DNA of 62,293 nt, the filler included. It is 6 parts of 6 records of this genome, joined end to end, with 100 filler letters (N's around TTAATTAATTAA, not from the genome) between each part and the next. Parts side by side here need not be neighbours in the genome. Positions count along the whole stretch, not along the records: positions 48,974 to 54,713 come from SRR31156797_8735; positions 54,814 to 62,293 come from SRR31156797_8739; 4 more parts are not named here. One strand, written 5' to 3'. Positions 49,027 through 58,680 of the stretch are shown here, one piece after another. Below the pieces are notes generated by a model. The model made no database searches, was not told where the DNA came from, and worked only from the letters and a program-made list of their open reading frames with translations. The position numbers were made by a program, and so were the translations under genes. Positions within the stretch are counted from its first letter, which is position 1, and the number at the start of each line of letters is the position of its first letter.

Positions 49027-52000
49027 TTACATGTTATTAAAATTTTCAAAATAACCCTGGAGTGCTCCCCCAAGCTTATCTGAAAGTTCTTTATTTCCTG
49101 CATTTCGGGCTGCACGTTCCATTTTTTGAATATAAAACATATTACGCTGGATTTCGTCGCTTATGCCTCCACTTGCCAGATGTTTTGGACTGAGTGAGAA
49201 ATAATAGCTTAACTCGTCGTTTAAGTTTTCGAAAGCAGTTTCAATCATTTCTGTGCCTTTATCTGTTGCCCCGGCTTTAATATAGCTCTCGGCCAATTCT
49301 AAGGCAAAATATTCATATGGGATAATTTCGGCAGGAATAAGTTGATTACAACGATCAATGACCGCAATTGCTGAATCCTTTTTGCCTTCTGCAACCAGGG
49401 CTGATGCAAGTCGGTTAAAGCTATTCCTGATGTTGGTCATCATACGGGTATTAGTTTCATCCAGATAAACCTCCGGATCATTCATATTGCCCCAACTAAA
49501 GTTATTCATCAAGTTATTATACATGAGGCTGGTATTTACGCGCCCGTATTGCAATTGTTGCGCATTACTCTTTGTCTTTATCGGCACAAACCGGTAAGCA
49601 AATCCTTCTACCTGGAAATAATCCTGCAAGTTCATGTATTTGCTTCTGCCTACAGTTATCGACCAATAGATTGGGCGTTCCCAGTTATTGGTTGCCAAAA
49701 GATCAAGAATCATCATTTCGTCTTTCGTAAGCATACTCTTTCCAGACAAGTCTATAACAATCTCGTCCACAATCTTATCATAATCCTCAGGAGCAACAAC
49801 GTTATTTTTTATCACTGCTTCTTTATCCACTTTAAAACGAATTTTCTTTTTAGGTAAATAAGCCGCATTATCAGCTTGCTGTAATTTCGTTGCGGGATTG
49901 TCGTTAGCAATAAAACTTACGCCTTCTTTCAGGTCAACATAATCGCGTTTTATACGTGAATCGTCTAATAAATAAACAGCATCGCGGGTACCTGCACGGT
50001 ATTGTTCCGATTTAAGAGTGAAAGGCAGAGGCGTTGACTTGTACGCCTGACGACGCATTTGATCGATGTACCAATCGGTTTGCAAATAACTAAGGTTGCA
50101 TACTCTAACATCGGTGCGCACCCCTTCTACCTCCTGGTTATACCATAGAGGGAACGTATCGTTATCACCATTGGTAAATATAACAGCGTCATCCTTACAT
50201 GTTTTTAAGTAATTCGCGCCAAAATCGCGGGCTGTGTAACGTCCCGACCTATCGTGGTCGTCCCAGTTTTCAGCAGCCATTATTCCTGGTACCAAAACCA
50301 AGGCAATAATTCCTGTTAATGCACCGGCAACAGTCTCGGGAATGTATTTTTTTAAGAATTCTGATATGCCGATCACCCCAAGTCCGATCCAAATTGCAAA
50401 AGCATAAAAAGATCCGGCATAGGCATAGTCACGTTCGCGTGGCTGGTGCGGATATTGGTTCAGGTAAACCACAATGGCCAACCCGGTTAAAACAAACAGT
50501 AAAAATACTACCCAAAGGCCTTTTTTCCCTTCCTTGCCACGATTGTACTGAAAGAATATTCCCAGAATTCCTAACAATAGCGGAAGAAAATAATAGGTAT
50601 TGCGGGCTTTGCTATTAGCAAACCTGGCAGGCAGGTTATCCTGATCACCCAAACGAGCCTCGTCGATAAATTTAATTCCACTTAACCAGTTACCATTTAA
50701 AATACCACCATGACCCTGAATATCGTTTTGCCGTCCAACAAAATTCCACATAAAATAACGCCAGTACATGTGATTTACCTGGTACCTGAAAAAGAACCGC
50801 AGGTTATCACCCATGGTTGGTTTTACGATGGTTTCTACTTCTCCACGCTCATTACGGTGTTGCAGGCGTGTTCCTTTAATTTGCGCCCATTGCTGGTAAT
50901 CCTGGGCGTGTTGCGGATCCATTGAACTCCACATGCGGGGAAAAACTCCGGTAAACTTCTCATCGTAATTAGCTTTATACCTATGATGGGTTACCACATA
51001 TTTTCCATCGATTTGCGAACGAATTGCTCTTCCTTCAGTAAAACGATTCTGTGGATCGAGAGGAGAATTATAATATTGTCCTGAAAATAACGGACGGTCG
51101 CCATATTGTTCACGGTTTAAATAACCCAACAATGCAAAAGTATTGTTCGGGCTGTTCTGATCCATTGGTGGTTGGGCCGATGAACGAATAATAATTACGG
51201 CAAATGAGGAATACCCAATAAGAATTACGGCTACTGCCAACAAAACAGTATTCCAAACTACTATTTGCTTTTTATGTGTATAGTAGATACCAAAAGCAAA
51301 CAGTGCGATTACTGCTGCGCAGTAAAACAACACCCCCGAGTGATAAGGTAAACCAAAACTGTTAATAAACACCAACTCGAACCAGGAAGCAATTTTTACA
51401 AAGCCCGGAATAATTCCGTACATCACTGCTCCAAGCATTACTACCGATGCAATCAATGCCCAAATAACACCCTTACGTGTTACCTCGTATTTTCTGAAAT
51501 AATATACAAAAACGATAGCCGGAATGGCCAACAGGTTAAGTAAGTGAACTCCTATTGACAAACCAATTATATAAGCAATAAATACTAACCAACGATTGGC
51601 AAATGGCTCATCTGCAACATCTTCCCACTTCAGGATAGCCCAAAAAACCAGGGCTGTAAGCAAGGAGGAACTTGCATAAACTTCGCCTTCAACAGCTGAA
51701 AACCAGAACGTATCGGAAAAAGTGTAAGCCAATGCTCCAACCAAACCCGCTGCCACAATCGACACCGTTTGCCCCAAGGTAATTTCTTCGGCTTTCACCA
51801 TTACTTTTTTAGCCAGGTGAGTTATTGTCCAAAACAAGAACAAAATGGTTCCGGCACTGGCCAGGGCGGAAAGTACATTTACCATTTTAGCTGCTCCTTC
51901 GGGGCCTGCAAAAAGGGTAAAAAAGCGACCAACAATCATAAATATCGGAGCACCAGGTGGGTGACCAACTTCAAATTTGAAAGCTGTTGTAATAAACTCG

Positions 52001-52110
52001 CCACAATCCCAAAAACTTACTGTAGGTTCTATGGTCAATAAATAAACAACGGCCGCAATTACAAAACTAACCCAGCCGAATACGTTGTTAAACAATTTAT
52101 ATTGCTTCAT
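49027..52110 (-). CDS. DUF2723 (TMEM260-like GT-C glycosyltransferase) membrane protein
   Basis: SFWDCGEFI, HPPGAP, FWFSAVEGEVYA, GVHLLNLL, PRERDY, GDNDTFPLWY. Confidence 0.92.
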   Translation of the reverse strand: MKQYKLFNNVFGWVSFVIAAVVYLLTIEPTVSFWDCGEFITTAFKFEVGHPPGAPIFMIVGRFFTLFAGPEGAAKMVNVLSALASAGTILFLFWTITHLAKKVMVKAEEITLGQTVSIVAAGLVGALAYTFSDTFWFSAVEGEVYASSSLLTALVFWAILKWEDVADEPFANRWLVFIAYIIGLSIGVHLLNLLAIPAIVFVYYFRKYEVTRKGVIWALIASVVMLGAVMYGIIPGFVKIASWFELVFINSFGLPYHSGVLFYCAAVIALFAFGIYYTHKKQIVVWNTVLLAVAVILIGYSSFAVIIIRSSAQPPMDQNSPNNTFALLGYLNREQYGDRPLFSGQYYNSPLDPQNRFTEGRAIRSQIDGKYVVTHHRYKANYDEKFTGVFPRMWSSMDPQHAQDYQQWAQIKGTRLQHRNERGEVETIVKPTMGDNLRFFFRYQVNHMYWRYFMWNFVGRQNDIQGHGGILNGNWLSGIKFIDEARLGDQDNLPARFANSKARNTYYFLPLLLGILGIFFQYNRGKEGKKGLWVVFLLFVLTGLAIVVYLNQYPHQPRERDYAYAGSFYAFAIWIGLGVIGISEFLKKYIPETVAGALTGIIALVLVPGIMAAENWDDHDRSGRYTARDFGANYLKTCKDDAVIFTNGDNDTFPLWYNQEVEGVRTDVRVCNLSYLQTDWYIDQMRRQAYKSTPLPFTLKSEQYRAGTRDAVYLLDDSRIKRDYVDLKEGVSFIANDNPATKLQQADNAAYLPKKKIRFKVDKEAVIKNNVVAPEDYDKIVDEIVIDLSGKSMLTKDEMMILDLLATNNWERPIYWSITVGRSKYMNLQDYFQVEGFAYRFVPIKTKSNAQQLQYGRVNTSLMYNNLMNNFSWGNMNDPEVYLDETNTRMMTNIRNSFNRLASALVAEGKKDSAIAVIDRCNQLIPAEIIPYEYFALELAESYIKAGATDKGTEMIETAFENLNDELSYYFSLSPKHLASGGISDEIQRNMFYIQKMERAARNAGNKELSDKLGGALQGYFENFNNM

Positions 52111-52215
52111 TTTAGATTGATTTCTGAAAGCTTAAAAATCTGCGAAATAATTAACAGGTGCGAAGATAAGGGTTTTGATGGAAATGGCTAAATACTAAAT
52201 TCAAATTAAGATTTA

Positions 52216-52956
52216 TTATGCCTTAATCATAATCCCCGAAACCATTCGTCCGGTAGCTATCCCATCGCGGCGTGCCGAATAAAATGTGTCTTCCTCTTTA
52301 TAAGAGCATTGCCCGAGTACCTCGATATTGGATGATTGTAGGCCACATTTTAATAAAACCTGACGATTCGCTTCCCAAAGGTTAAAATGAAATTTGCCTG
52401 CTCCGTTTTTATGCAAAGTAAGTTTGTTTTCAGGAATTGAATTTCGGGCAGCTTCAACAACCTCATCCCCTACTTCATATATTTCAGGACTAATTGAGGG
52501 CCCGATAGTAGCCTGAATACTTTCAGCCGAAGAACCAAAATTCTGAATCATTCTAAAAACAGCCTTTTCCACTATTTTTCCAACCGTACCACGCCACCCG
52601 GCATGAATGGCTGCAATTGCTTTTTGTTCCGGATCAAAAAGTAATACCGGAACACAATCGGCAGTTTGAATACACAAACAAAGGTTCGGGATATTGGTCA
52701 CCAAAGCATCGGTATCTTCAAAACACAAAGTATTGGTCTTCAAAACATCTGCCACGCAGTTGGTGTGAGTTTGTTTTGGAAAAACAAGCTGGTTGGCTTG
52801 CACATTTAAGGCATTGGCCAATTTCGTTTTATTCGCAGCAGAATTGGTATACCGAATAGCATTAATCGGTAAAAAGTTTTTGGTAGTGGTAAAAGCCAAT
52901 AACGAATCATATCTATCAAAAATTTTATAGGTAATCAGGTGCTGTTTGTTATCCAT
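52216..52956 (-). CDS. pgeF: Peptidoglycan editing factor / purine nucleoside phosphorylase YfiH
   Basis: QTH, DALVT, TADCVPVLL, HAGWRGT, GPSI, FYSARR. Confidence 0.93.
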   Translation of the reverse strand: MDNKQHLITYKIFDRYDSLLAFTTTKNFLPINAIRYTNSAANKTKLANALNVQANQLVFPKQTHTNCVADVLKTNTLCFEDTDALVTNIPNLCLCIQTADCVPVLLFDPEQKAIAAIHAGWRGTVGKIVEKAVFRMIQNFGSSAESIQATIGPSISPEIYEVGDEVVEAARNSIPENKLTLHKNGAGKFHFNLWEANRQVLLKCGLQSSNIEVLGQCSYKEEDTFYSARRDGIATGRMVSGIMIKA

Positions 52957-53626
52957 TTAGTAAGAGATCGTTTAAATGCTTTTTGTCAAGCAAAGTAACT
53001 GTTTTTCTTTCTATTTTAATTAGTCCCTCCGATTGCATTTCGCCAAGCACCCTGCCCAGAGATGGACGTGTTACCCCAAAAAGTTCGGCAAGTTGTTGTT
53101 GGGTGTTTTTTAATTCAAACGAAAGCAAACGGTCGCCGGTTTGTTGCAAAAGAAAATGGGCCACCTTTTCTTTGATGGTTTTGAAACTTAAAAAATGAAG
53201 TTTTTGTGAAAGGAATTGAGCTCGTGTTGAAATATTATTCAAATAATTTCGAAGCAAGCGAGTATTCAATTGAAGCAGCTTCAGAAATTCGACAACCGGG
53301 ACGGCCAGAATCTCTGTTTTTTTATTTGCTGTAACCGTAACGGGGAACCTGTTTGCTTTACCAAATAAAAATGCCGATGCCAAAGGTCGTGGAGCTTCAA
53401 CATCTTCGATTTTAACTGTTTTTCCTGAATAATCGATCATTTCGCCCCGAACACTACCAGCTAAAACAATGAATAAATAGGTAACTTCATCGCCAGCTTG
53501 CACAACAATATCATCTTTCGAAAACTTCCGAATCTGAAAATGGATTTTTGAAAGCAAGGTCTTACATTCTTCTTCCGGGATGCCCATAAAAACGGGGCAA
53601 CGACTAATTAATGAAAAATCTATCAT
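52949..53626 (-). CDS. hcpR: Crp/Fnr family regulator, HcpR type
   Basis: cNMP-binding domain and HTH (QQQLAELFGVTRPSLGR); divergent from ferredoxin-hcp. Confidence 0.85.
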   Translation of the reverse strand: MIDFSLISRCPVFMGIPEEECKTLLSKIHFQIRKFSKDDIVVQAGDEVTYLFIVLAGSVRGEMIDYSGKTVKIEDVEAPRPLASAFLFGKANRFPVTVTANKKTEILAVPVVEFLKLLQLNTRLLRNYLNNISTRAQFLSQKLHFLSFKTIKEKVAHFLLQQTGDRLLSFELKNTQQQLAELFGVTRPSLGRVLGEMQSEGLIKIERKTVTLLDKKHLNDLLLNG

Positions 53627-53629
53627 GTT

Positions 53630-53645
53630 TGTAACAAATGGTACA
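53630..53645. promoter_or_regulatory. HcpR-type operator
   Basis: TGTAAC-AAAT-GGTACA near-palindrome (TGTAAC-N4-GTTACA with one mismatch) in the divergon. Confidence 0.75.
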
Positions 53646-53666
53646 TTTCTGGAAACAACAACACTC

Positions 53667-53674
53667 TACTTTTG
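53667..53674 (+). promoter_or_regulatory. Bacteroidota -7 element for ferredoxin-hcp
   Basis: TACTTTTG (TAnnTTTG), 21 nt downstream of the HcpR box. Confidence 0.6.
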
Positions 53675-53705
53675 TTGCATAAACTTAATGAAAAGGAGAC
53701 AGAAA

Positions 53706-54587
53706 ATGATACGTGATATTATAAAAATTGATGAGGAATTATGTGACGGGTGCGGTGTTTGTGTACCAAACTGCCACGAAGGTGCACTACAAATTATCGA
53801 CGGGAAAGCCCGGTTAATTAGCGAGTTAATGTGCGATGGGCTTGGTGCCTGCATCGGGCATTGTCCGCAGGGAGCTATAACCATTGAGAAGCGCGAAGCA
53901 GATGCATATGATGAAATAGCTACAATTTCGCAAATGGTTAAACAAGGAAAAGCTACCATGTTTGCCCATCTTAAACATTTACAAGACCATAACGAAACCG
54001 GTTACTTGCAGCAGGCACTTGGATTTATAAAAGCCAATACCGATGCTATGCCTTTTAAGCTAAACGAAGTGCACGAGTTATTGCACTCGAAAAAAGAAAC
54101 GGGCGAAAGTCAATCATGCGGTTCGGGTGGTGGTTGTCCCGGATCTGCACCAATGGCATTTGATGCAGGAGATTTAAAAATGGCCTCACCTGCCCAAGAG
54201 GTTCCATCTGCATTAACACAATGGCCGGTTCAGTTGCATCTGATCAATACAAATGCTTCGTATTTTAATGGAGCCGATTTGCTGGTTGCTGCTGATTGTG
54301 CAGGATTTGCTTACGGAAATTTCCATAACGATTATATTAAAGGACGCAAAATGGTTATTGCCTGTCCGAAACTCGATCAGGGAACAGATATCTATATTCA
54401 GAAGTTGGTTAAACTTATCGACGAATCGAAAGTGAACACAATAACTGTTGCCATTATGGAAGTTCCTTGTTGTGGAGGTTTATCTAAAATGGTAAAAATG
54501 GCCACCCAAATGGCAGCTCGTAAGGTACCGGTAAAAGAAGTTGTAATAGGTATTCAGGGTACGGTGTTATCTGAAGAATGGATTTAA
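53706..54587 (+). CDS. 4Fe-4S dicluster protein (FrdX-like, hcp-associated)
   Basis: CDGCGVCVPNC, CDGLGACIGHCP, GCPGS, WPVQL, ACPKLD, MEVPCCGG; AAGGAG RBS before ATG 53706. Confidence 0.88.
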   Translation: MIRDIIKIDEELCDGCGVCVPNCHEGALQIIDGKARLISELMCDGLGACIGHCPQGAITIEKREADAYDEIATISQMVKQGKATMFAHLKHLQDHNETGYLQQALGFIKANTDAMPFKLNEVHELLHSKKETGESQSCGSGGGCPGSAPMAFDAGDLKMASPAQEVPSALTQWPVQLHLINTNASYFNGADLLVAADCAGFAYGNFHNDYIKGRKMVIACPKLDQGTDIYIQKLVKLIDESKVNTITVAIMEVPCCGGLSKMVKMATQMAARKVPVKEVVIGIQGTVLSEEWI

Positions 54588-54677
54588 AAATCCACCTCAC
54601 CTATTAGGAGTAAGAGTATTTCCAATCGCCGGGTATAAAAAGTTCAACAAATTAAAAATTAAATAAAAATTACTGAA

Positions 54678-54713
54678 ATGAATATGTTTTGTTTTCAATG
54701 TCAGGAAGCAGCA
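54678..54713 (+). CDS. hcp: Hybrid cluster protein / hydroxylamine reductase, N-terminus (3'-partial)
   Basis: MNMFCFQCQEAA matches the characteristic Hcp start MFCxQCQE; the context of hcpR and ferredoxin agrees. Confidence 0.85.
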
Positions 54714-54813
54714 NNNNNNNNNNNNNNNNNNNNNNNNNNNNNNNNNNNNNNNNNNNNTTAATTAATTAANNNNNNNNNNNNNNNNNNNNNNNNNNNNNNN
54801 NNNNNNNNNNNNN
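54714..54813. other. Artificial contig spacer
   Basis: 44 N + TTAATTAATTAA + 44 N. Confidence 0.99.
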
Positions 54814-54815
54814 AA

Positions 54816-55928
54816 GATTTTCAGAACAGAGACCTGCCTTTGAATACCGGTAACAGTAAGGTTTATTTCAATGTAAACGCTTATCCTGTCAGCTATAACA
54901 ATGGAAGTATCACCGGGGTTATTATCACTGTAAAGGATGTAAAGAGAATACGAAAACACGCCAATGATATAATCGGTCGTAAAGCTATTTATACCTTTGA
55001 TAAGATGGTGGGAGTCTCAGAGGCTTTCACAGAAGCTGTCGATTTTGCAAAGAAAGTCGCTGACAGTAATTCGACAATTCTGATTACCGGAGAAAGCGGG
55101 ACGGGAAAGGAGATATTTGCCCAGTCCATCCATAATTACAGCGGACGCCGAGATGAAGCTTTCGTGGTTCTCAACTGCGGGGCGATTCCAAGAACCCTTA
55201 TCGAATCTGAGCTGTTTGGCTATAAGGAAGGTTCCTTTACGGGAGCGCGGAAGGGCGGTCAGGCGGGAAAGTTTGAGATTGCCGATGGGGGAACCCTTTT
55301 TCTGGACGAAATAGGGGAAATGCCCTTGGATATGCAAGTGAAACTGCTGAGAGTTATTGAGGAAGGAGTGGTCACCCGCTTGGGCGGACATGATTATATA
55401 CCGGTCAATGTCCGGATTATTGCGGCCACAAATAAGGATTTGACCGCTGAAGTTCAGGACGGGCTCTTCAGAAAAGATCTGTTTTACAGACTCAATGTCC
55501 TACCTATTCGTCTGCCTGCCTTACGGGAAAGACCCGAAGATATTCCTCTATTGATTGATTTCTATAGCAAGAAACTATCGAGGAAAATTAACAAGAAAGA
55601 AGTGGACATCTCCCCCGCACAAATGAAAGCGTTTTGTACACATACCTGGCCCGGTAATATTCGGGAGCTTGAGAATATGATGGAGCTGATTATCATTTCA
55701 GAAAAGATCCCATCTTCTTTCCCTATTAATCAGCAGCTTGAAATCCATTCAGTTTCCAAAGTCATGCAGGATTCTCCCTCACCTGCCCTTGAGGAGGTAG
55801 AGGAATCTCATATCAGAAGGGTACTTGAGGAAAACGACTATAATATTACCGTTTCTGCAAAGAAGCTTGGGATCGGCCGTAATACACTGTATCGCAGGAT
55901 TCAAAGCTATAAAATAGACTGTTCCTGA
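54816..55928 (+). CDS. Sigma54-dependent Fis-family activator (5'-partial), probable AOR regulator
   Basis: PAS remnant, [61 protein letters not shown]. Confidence 0.95.
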   Translation, partial: DFQNRDLPLNTGNSKVYFNVNAYPVSYNNGSITGVIITVKDVKRIRKHANDIIGRKAIYTFDKMVGVSEAFTEAVDFAKKVADSNSTILITGESGTGKEIFAQSIHNYSGRRDEAFVVLNCGAIPRTLIESELFGYKEGSFTGARKGGQAGKFEIADGGTLFLDEIGEMPLDMQVKLLRVIEEGVVTRLGGHDYIPVNVRIIAATNKDLTAEVQDGLFRKDLFYRLNVLPIRLPALRERPEDIPLLIDFYSKKLSRKINKKEVDISPAQMKAFCTHTWPGNIRELENMMELIIISEKIPSSFPINQQLEIHSVSKVMQDSPSPALEEVEESHIRRVLEENDYNITVSAKKLGIGRNTLYRRIQSYKIDCS

Positions 55929-55987
55929 ATGACACAGTGTTCCACTCTGGAGCAGTGTGTCGCTCTGAAGTGTTCCATTGTGGAGCG
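55920..55987. promoter_or_regulatory. Tandem upstream activator sequences
   Basis: TGTTCCTGAATGACACA (55920), TGTTCCACTCTGGAGCA (55938), TGTTCCATTGTGGAGCG (55971): 17-bp imperfect palindromes. Confidence 0.7.
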
Positions 55988-56125
55988 TAATAACTTGTCT
56001 TCCTCATTGTTCAGAATAATATACTCCACTTTTTTACTCTCTAATAAGGTATAGATGGCTGAATCACTGCACTTTAAGGCTTTTTTATCCAGAAAACAAT
56101 ACGTTTTATCTCCAATCCTGTTTTG

Positions 56126-56141
56126 TGGCATGGCAATTGCA
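56126..56141 (+). promoter_or_regulatory. Sigma54 -24/-12 promoter of aor
   Basis: TGGCATGGCAATTGCA, with exact GG-N10-GC spacing. Confidence 0.88.
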
Positions 56142-56245
56142 TTGTAATTCAAAGATCAACAGCGGGAGGGAACCACTCTCCGGGAGTTCTTCCCGAAAAT
56201 GATATGTTCTTCAGCCGCTGATTTCCATGAAGGAGTGTAATAGAA

Positions 56246-57985
56246 GTGAATAAATTCATCCGCGTAAACATGACTACCAGAGAAGCCGTTATCGAGACCG
56301 TTCCTGAGAAATACGCAGGCCTGGGAGGTCGAGCCCTTACATCCAACTTTGTTAACGATGAAGTAAAGCCCAGTTGCCATCCCCTGGGGAAGAACAATAA
56401 ACTGATCATGGCTCCCGGCCTTTTGAGCGGTACGAGCGCTCCCAACTCCGGCCGTATGTCCGTAGGTGCGAAGAGCCCCCTGACAGGAGGTATAAAGGAG
56501 TGCAATACCGGAGGTGTGGTCTCCCAGCAGATGGCCAAGATGGATATCAAGGCTCTTGTTATCGAGGGAATGCCCGAGGACGATAAGTTTTACATCATTA
56601 AAGTTGATATGAACGGTGTGACCATCGAGGAGTCTCCTTCTGAGATCCTGGGAGGATGCGGTAACTATAGGGCCATCGAAGTTCTTAGTAAGAAATACGG
56701 CGAGAAAGTCGGAATCGCCATTGCCGGTCCCGCCGGTGAGTACAAGTTTGCATCAGCCAACATCTCCTTCAAGGATCCCGATGGCAATATCCGAAGCGCC
56801 GGCCGCGGAGGCCTGGGAGCCGTCATGGGTTCTAAAAAAGTAAAAGCCGTCGTATTTGATGAAACCGGTGCCCGGAAGGTACCTATTGCCGATCCTGAAA
56901 AGTTCAAGGCTGCTTCCAAGGTCTTTGCCAAGGCCCTTATGGATCATCCCGTAGCCGGCCAGGGACTGGCCGCCTATGGTACGGATGTTCTGGTCAACAT
57001 ATTGAACGAAGCCGGCGGTCTCCCCGCCCATAACTTTACGGCGGGACGTATCGATCACAATGACAATATTTCCGGTGAAACCATGAACGCCACCATCACC
57101 GAGCGGGGGGGAGAGGGTAAGGTCTCTCACGGCTGTCACCGCGGCTGTATTATCCGCTGTTCCCAGTGGTACACCGACAAGCAGGGTAAGTACATTACCA
57201 GCGGCTTTGAGTATGAAACCATCTGGGGCTTCGGTGCCGACGCGGGTATCAAGAGTCTGGACGCCATCGCCTACATCGACAGGGAGATGGATGACATCGG
57301 TGTGGACAGCATTGAAACGGCTGTTGCCGTCGCAACAGCCATGGAGGGCGGCCTTCTGCCCTGGGGAGACGGTGAGGCCGTGCTTGAGGCCATCAAAGGG
57401 ATCGCCACTCCCACTCCTCTGGGACGGATCCTGGCCGGCGGATGCGCCGTGGTTGGAAAGGTCTGCGGTCTCTACAGAGTTCCTGTTGTAAAAGATCAGG
57501 CTATTCCCGCCTACGATCCCCGTTCGGTTAAGGGTATCGGTCTGACCTATGCGACCACCCCCATGGGAGCCGACCATACCGCCGGTTACTGTATTTCCGG
57601 TAATATCCTGAAAGTCGGGGCCGACCTGGATCCTCTTAAGAAGGACGGCCAGATCGAATATGCCCGAGCCATGCAGATCGGAACAGCGGCTGTCGACAGT
57701 ACCGGAATGTGCCTGTTTGTTTACTTCGGTATTGCCGACAATCCCGGCGGATATCAGGCTCTTATCGATATGATCAATGCCCAGTACGGCATCAATCTGA
57801 CATCAGAAGACGTAGATAAACTGGGAGAATCGGTACTTAAGGTGGAAAGGGATTTCAACAAGAGAGCCGGTTTCACAAATGCCCATGACCGCCTGCCCGA
57901 GTTCATGGAATATGAGGCGCTGCCTCCTCACAATGTGGTTTGGGACTTCACTCCCGAAGAGATCGATGAGGTTTATAACTTCTAA
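56246..57985 (+). CDS. aor: Aldehyde:ferredoxin oxidoreductase (tungsten-containing AOR family)
   Basis: KSPLTGGIKE, GPAGE, AGRGGLGAVMGSK, CHRGCIIRC, EYET, D..GVDSI, PAYDPR, GADH, DSTGMCLF. Confidence 0.95.
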   Translation: MNKFIRVNMTTREAVIETVPEKYAGLGGRALTSNFVNDEVKPSCHPLGKNNKLIMAPGLLSGTSAPNSGRMSVGAKSPLTGGIKECNTGGVVSQQMAKMDIKALVIEGMPEDDKFYIIKVDMNGVTIEESPSEILGGCGNYRAIEVLSKKYGEKVGIAIAGPAGEYKFASANISFKDPDGNIRSAGRGGLGAVMGSKKVKAVVFDETGARKVPIADPEKFKAASKVFAKALMDHPVAGQGLAAYGTDVLVNILNEAGGLPAHNFTAGRIDHNDNISGETMNATITERGGEGKVSHGCHRGCIIRCSQWYTDKQGKYITSGFEYETIWGFGADAGIKSLDAIAYIDREMDDIGVDSIETAVAVATAMEGGLLPWGDGEAVLEAIKGIATPTPLGRILAGGCAVVGKVCGLYRVPVVKDQAIPAYDPRSVKGIGLTYATTPMGADHTAGYCISGNILKVGADLDPLKKDGQIEYARAMQIGTAAVDSTGMCLFVYFGIADNPGGYQALIDMINAQYGINLTSEDVDKLGESVLKVERDFNKRAGFTNAHDRLPEFMEYEALPPHNVVWDFTPEEIDEVYNF

Positions 57986-58021
57986 TTGCTTGTGTTTCAG
58001 GTATATTAATAAAACCTAGAT

Positions 58022-58054
58022 GGCTCTGCCGGACTCATGTCCGGCAGAGCCTTT
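58022..58054 (+). terminator. 13-bp hairpin after aor (terminator/attenuator)
   Basis: GGCTCTGCCGGAC-TCAT-GTCCGGCAGAGCC followed by TTT. Confidence 0.7.
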
Positions 58055-58106
58055 GTCAGGGGGCAGTCTCTCTCTGATAACGTTCCTGATAGGAGGAGTG
58101 GATCTT

Positions 58107-58448
58107 TTGGCGGAAAAGGGTAACAAAAAGATTGAAATACGCGGATTCCTTCAGCTTGATTCCTATTTGAGGAAGAAATACGGTAAGCCTCCTCTCTTTC
58201 TTGAAATCCAGGAGCCCCTCTCCGGTTCCAAACTGGCTGAACAGCTTGGTATTCCCAGGGATGATATTGAAGTCATTTTTATTAATGGGCTGGTGTACGA
58301 GTTGGATCATATCATCAATCCCGGTGATCGGATGGCCTTTCTGCCCCCAGGCTGTCCGGGCCCCTACCGTATCGCCTTCGGATTCTACAGTAAAAATCAG
58401 GGTAACGAAGCCAATTTCAAAATAAAGAGAAAAAAAACAGGCGGTTGA
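58107..58448 (+). CDS. MoaD/ThiS-like protein with a PPGCPGP C-terminal extension
   Basis: AGGAGG RBS then TTG; beta-grasp pattern LGIP..IEVIFING..INPGDRMAFLPP, then GCPGPYR and a tail ending TGG. Confidence 0.75.
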   Translation: MAEKGNKKIEIRGFLQLDSYLRKKYGKPPLFLEIQEPLSGSKLAEQLGIPRDDIEVIFINGLVYELDHIINPGDRMAFLPPGCPGPYRIAFGFYSKNQGNEANFKIKRKKTGG

Positions 58449-58452
58449 ATCG

Positions 58453-58677
58453 ATGCAGGTCACTGTTAAATTATTTGCAACTTTAAGAGAAAATCGGGAA
58501 AAAGAAAGCAGTCTGGAGCTGGAATCCGGTGCCGATGTCAGAGACATTATCGATCATCTGGGAATTCCCGAAAAGCAGGCGACAATCATTTTCATTAATG
58601 GCCGGGGGGGAAAGCTGGATCAGACCCTGACGGAGGGGGATACGGTCTCGATCTTTCCGCCCGTCGGAGGAGGCTGA
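58453..58677 (+). CDS. moaD: MoaD/ThiS family sulfur carrier
   Basis: VTVKLFATLRE, IFING, L.EGD.VSIFPPVGGG. Confidence 0.9.
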   Translation: MQVTVKLFATLRENREKESSLELESGADVRDIIDHLGIPEKQATIIFINGRGGKLDQTLTEGDTVSIFPPVGGG

Positions 58678-58680
58678 TCT

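Noticed and set aside
55920-55987. Mini CRISPR-like repeat
   Set aside because: The units are only 17 bp with 1-16 nt spacing and no cas genes; their position fits sigma54 enhancer sites.
58020-58106. N-terminal extension of the first MoaD-like ORF from ATG 58020
   Set aside because: It runs through a 13-bp hairpin; a strong AGGAGG RBS points to TTG 58107.
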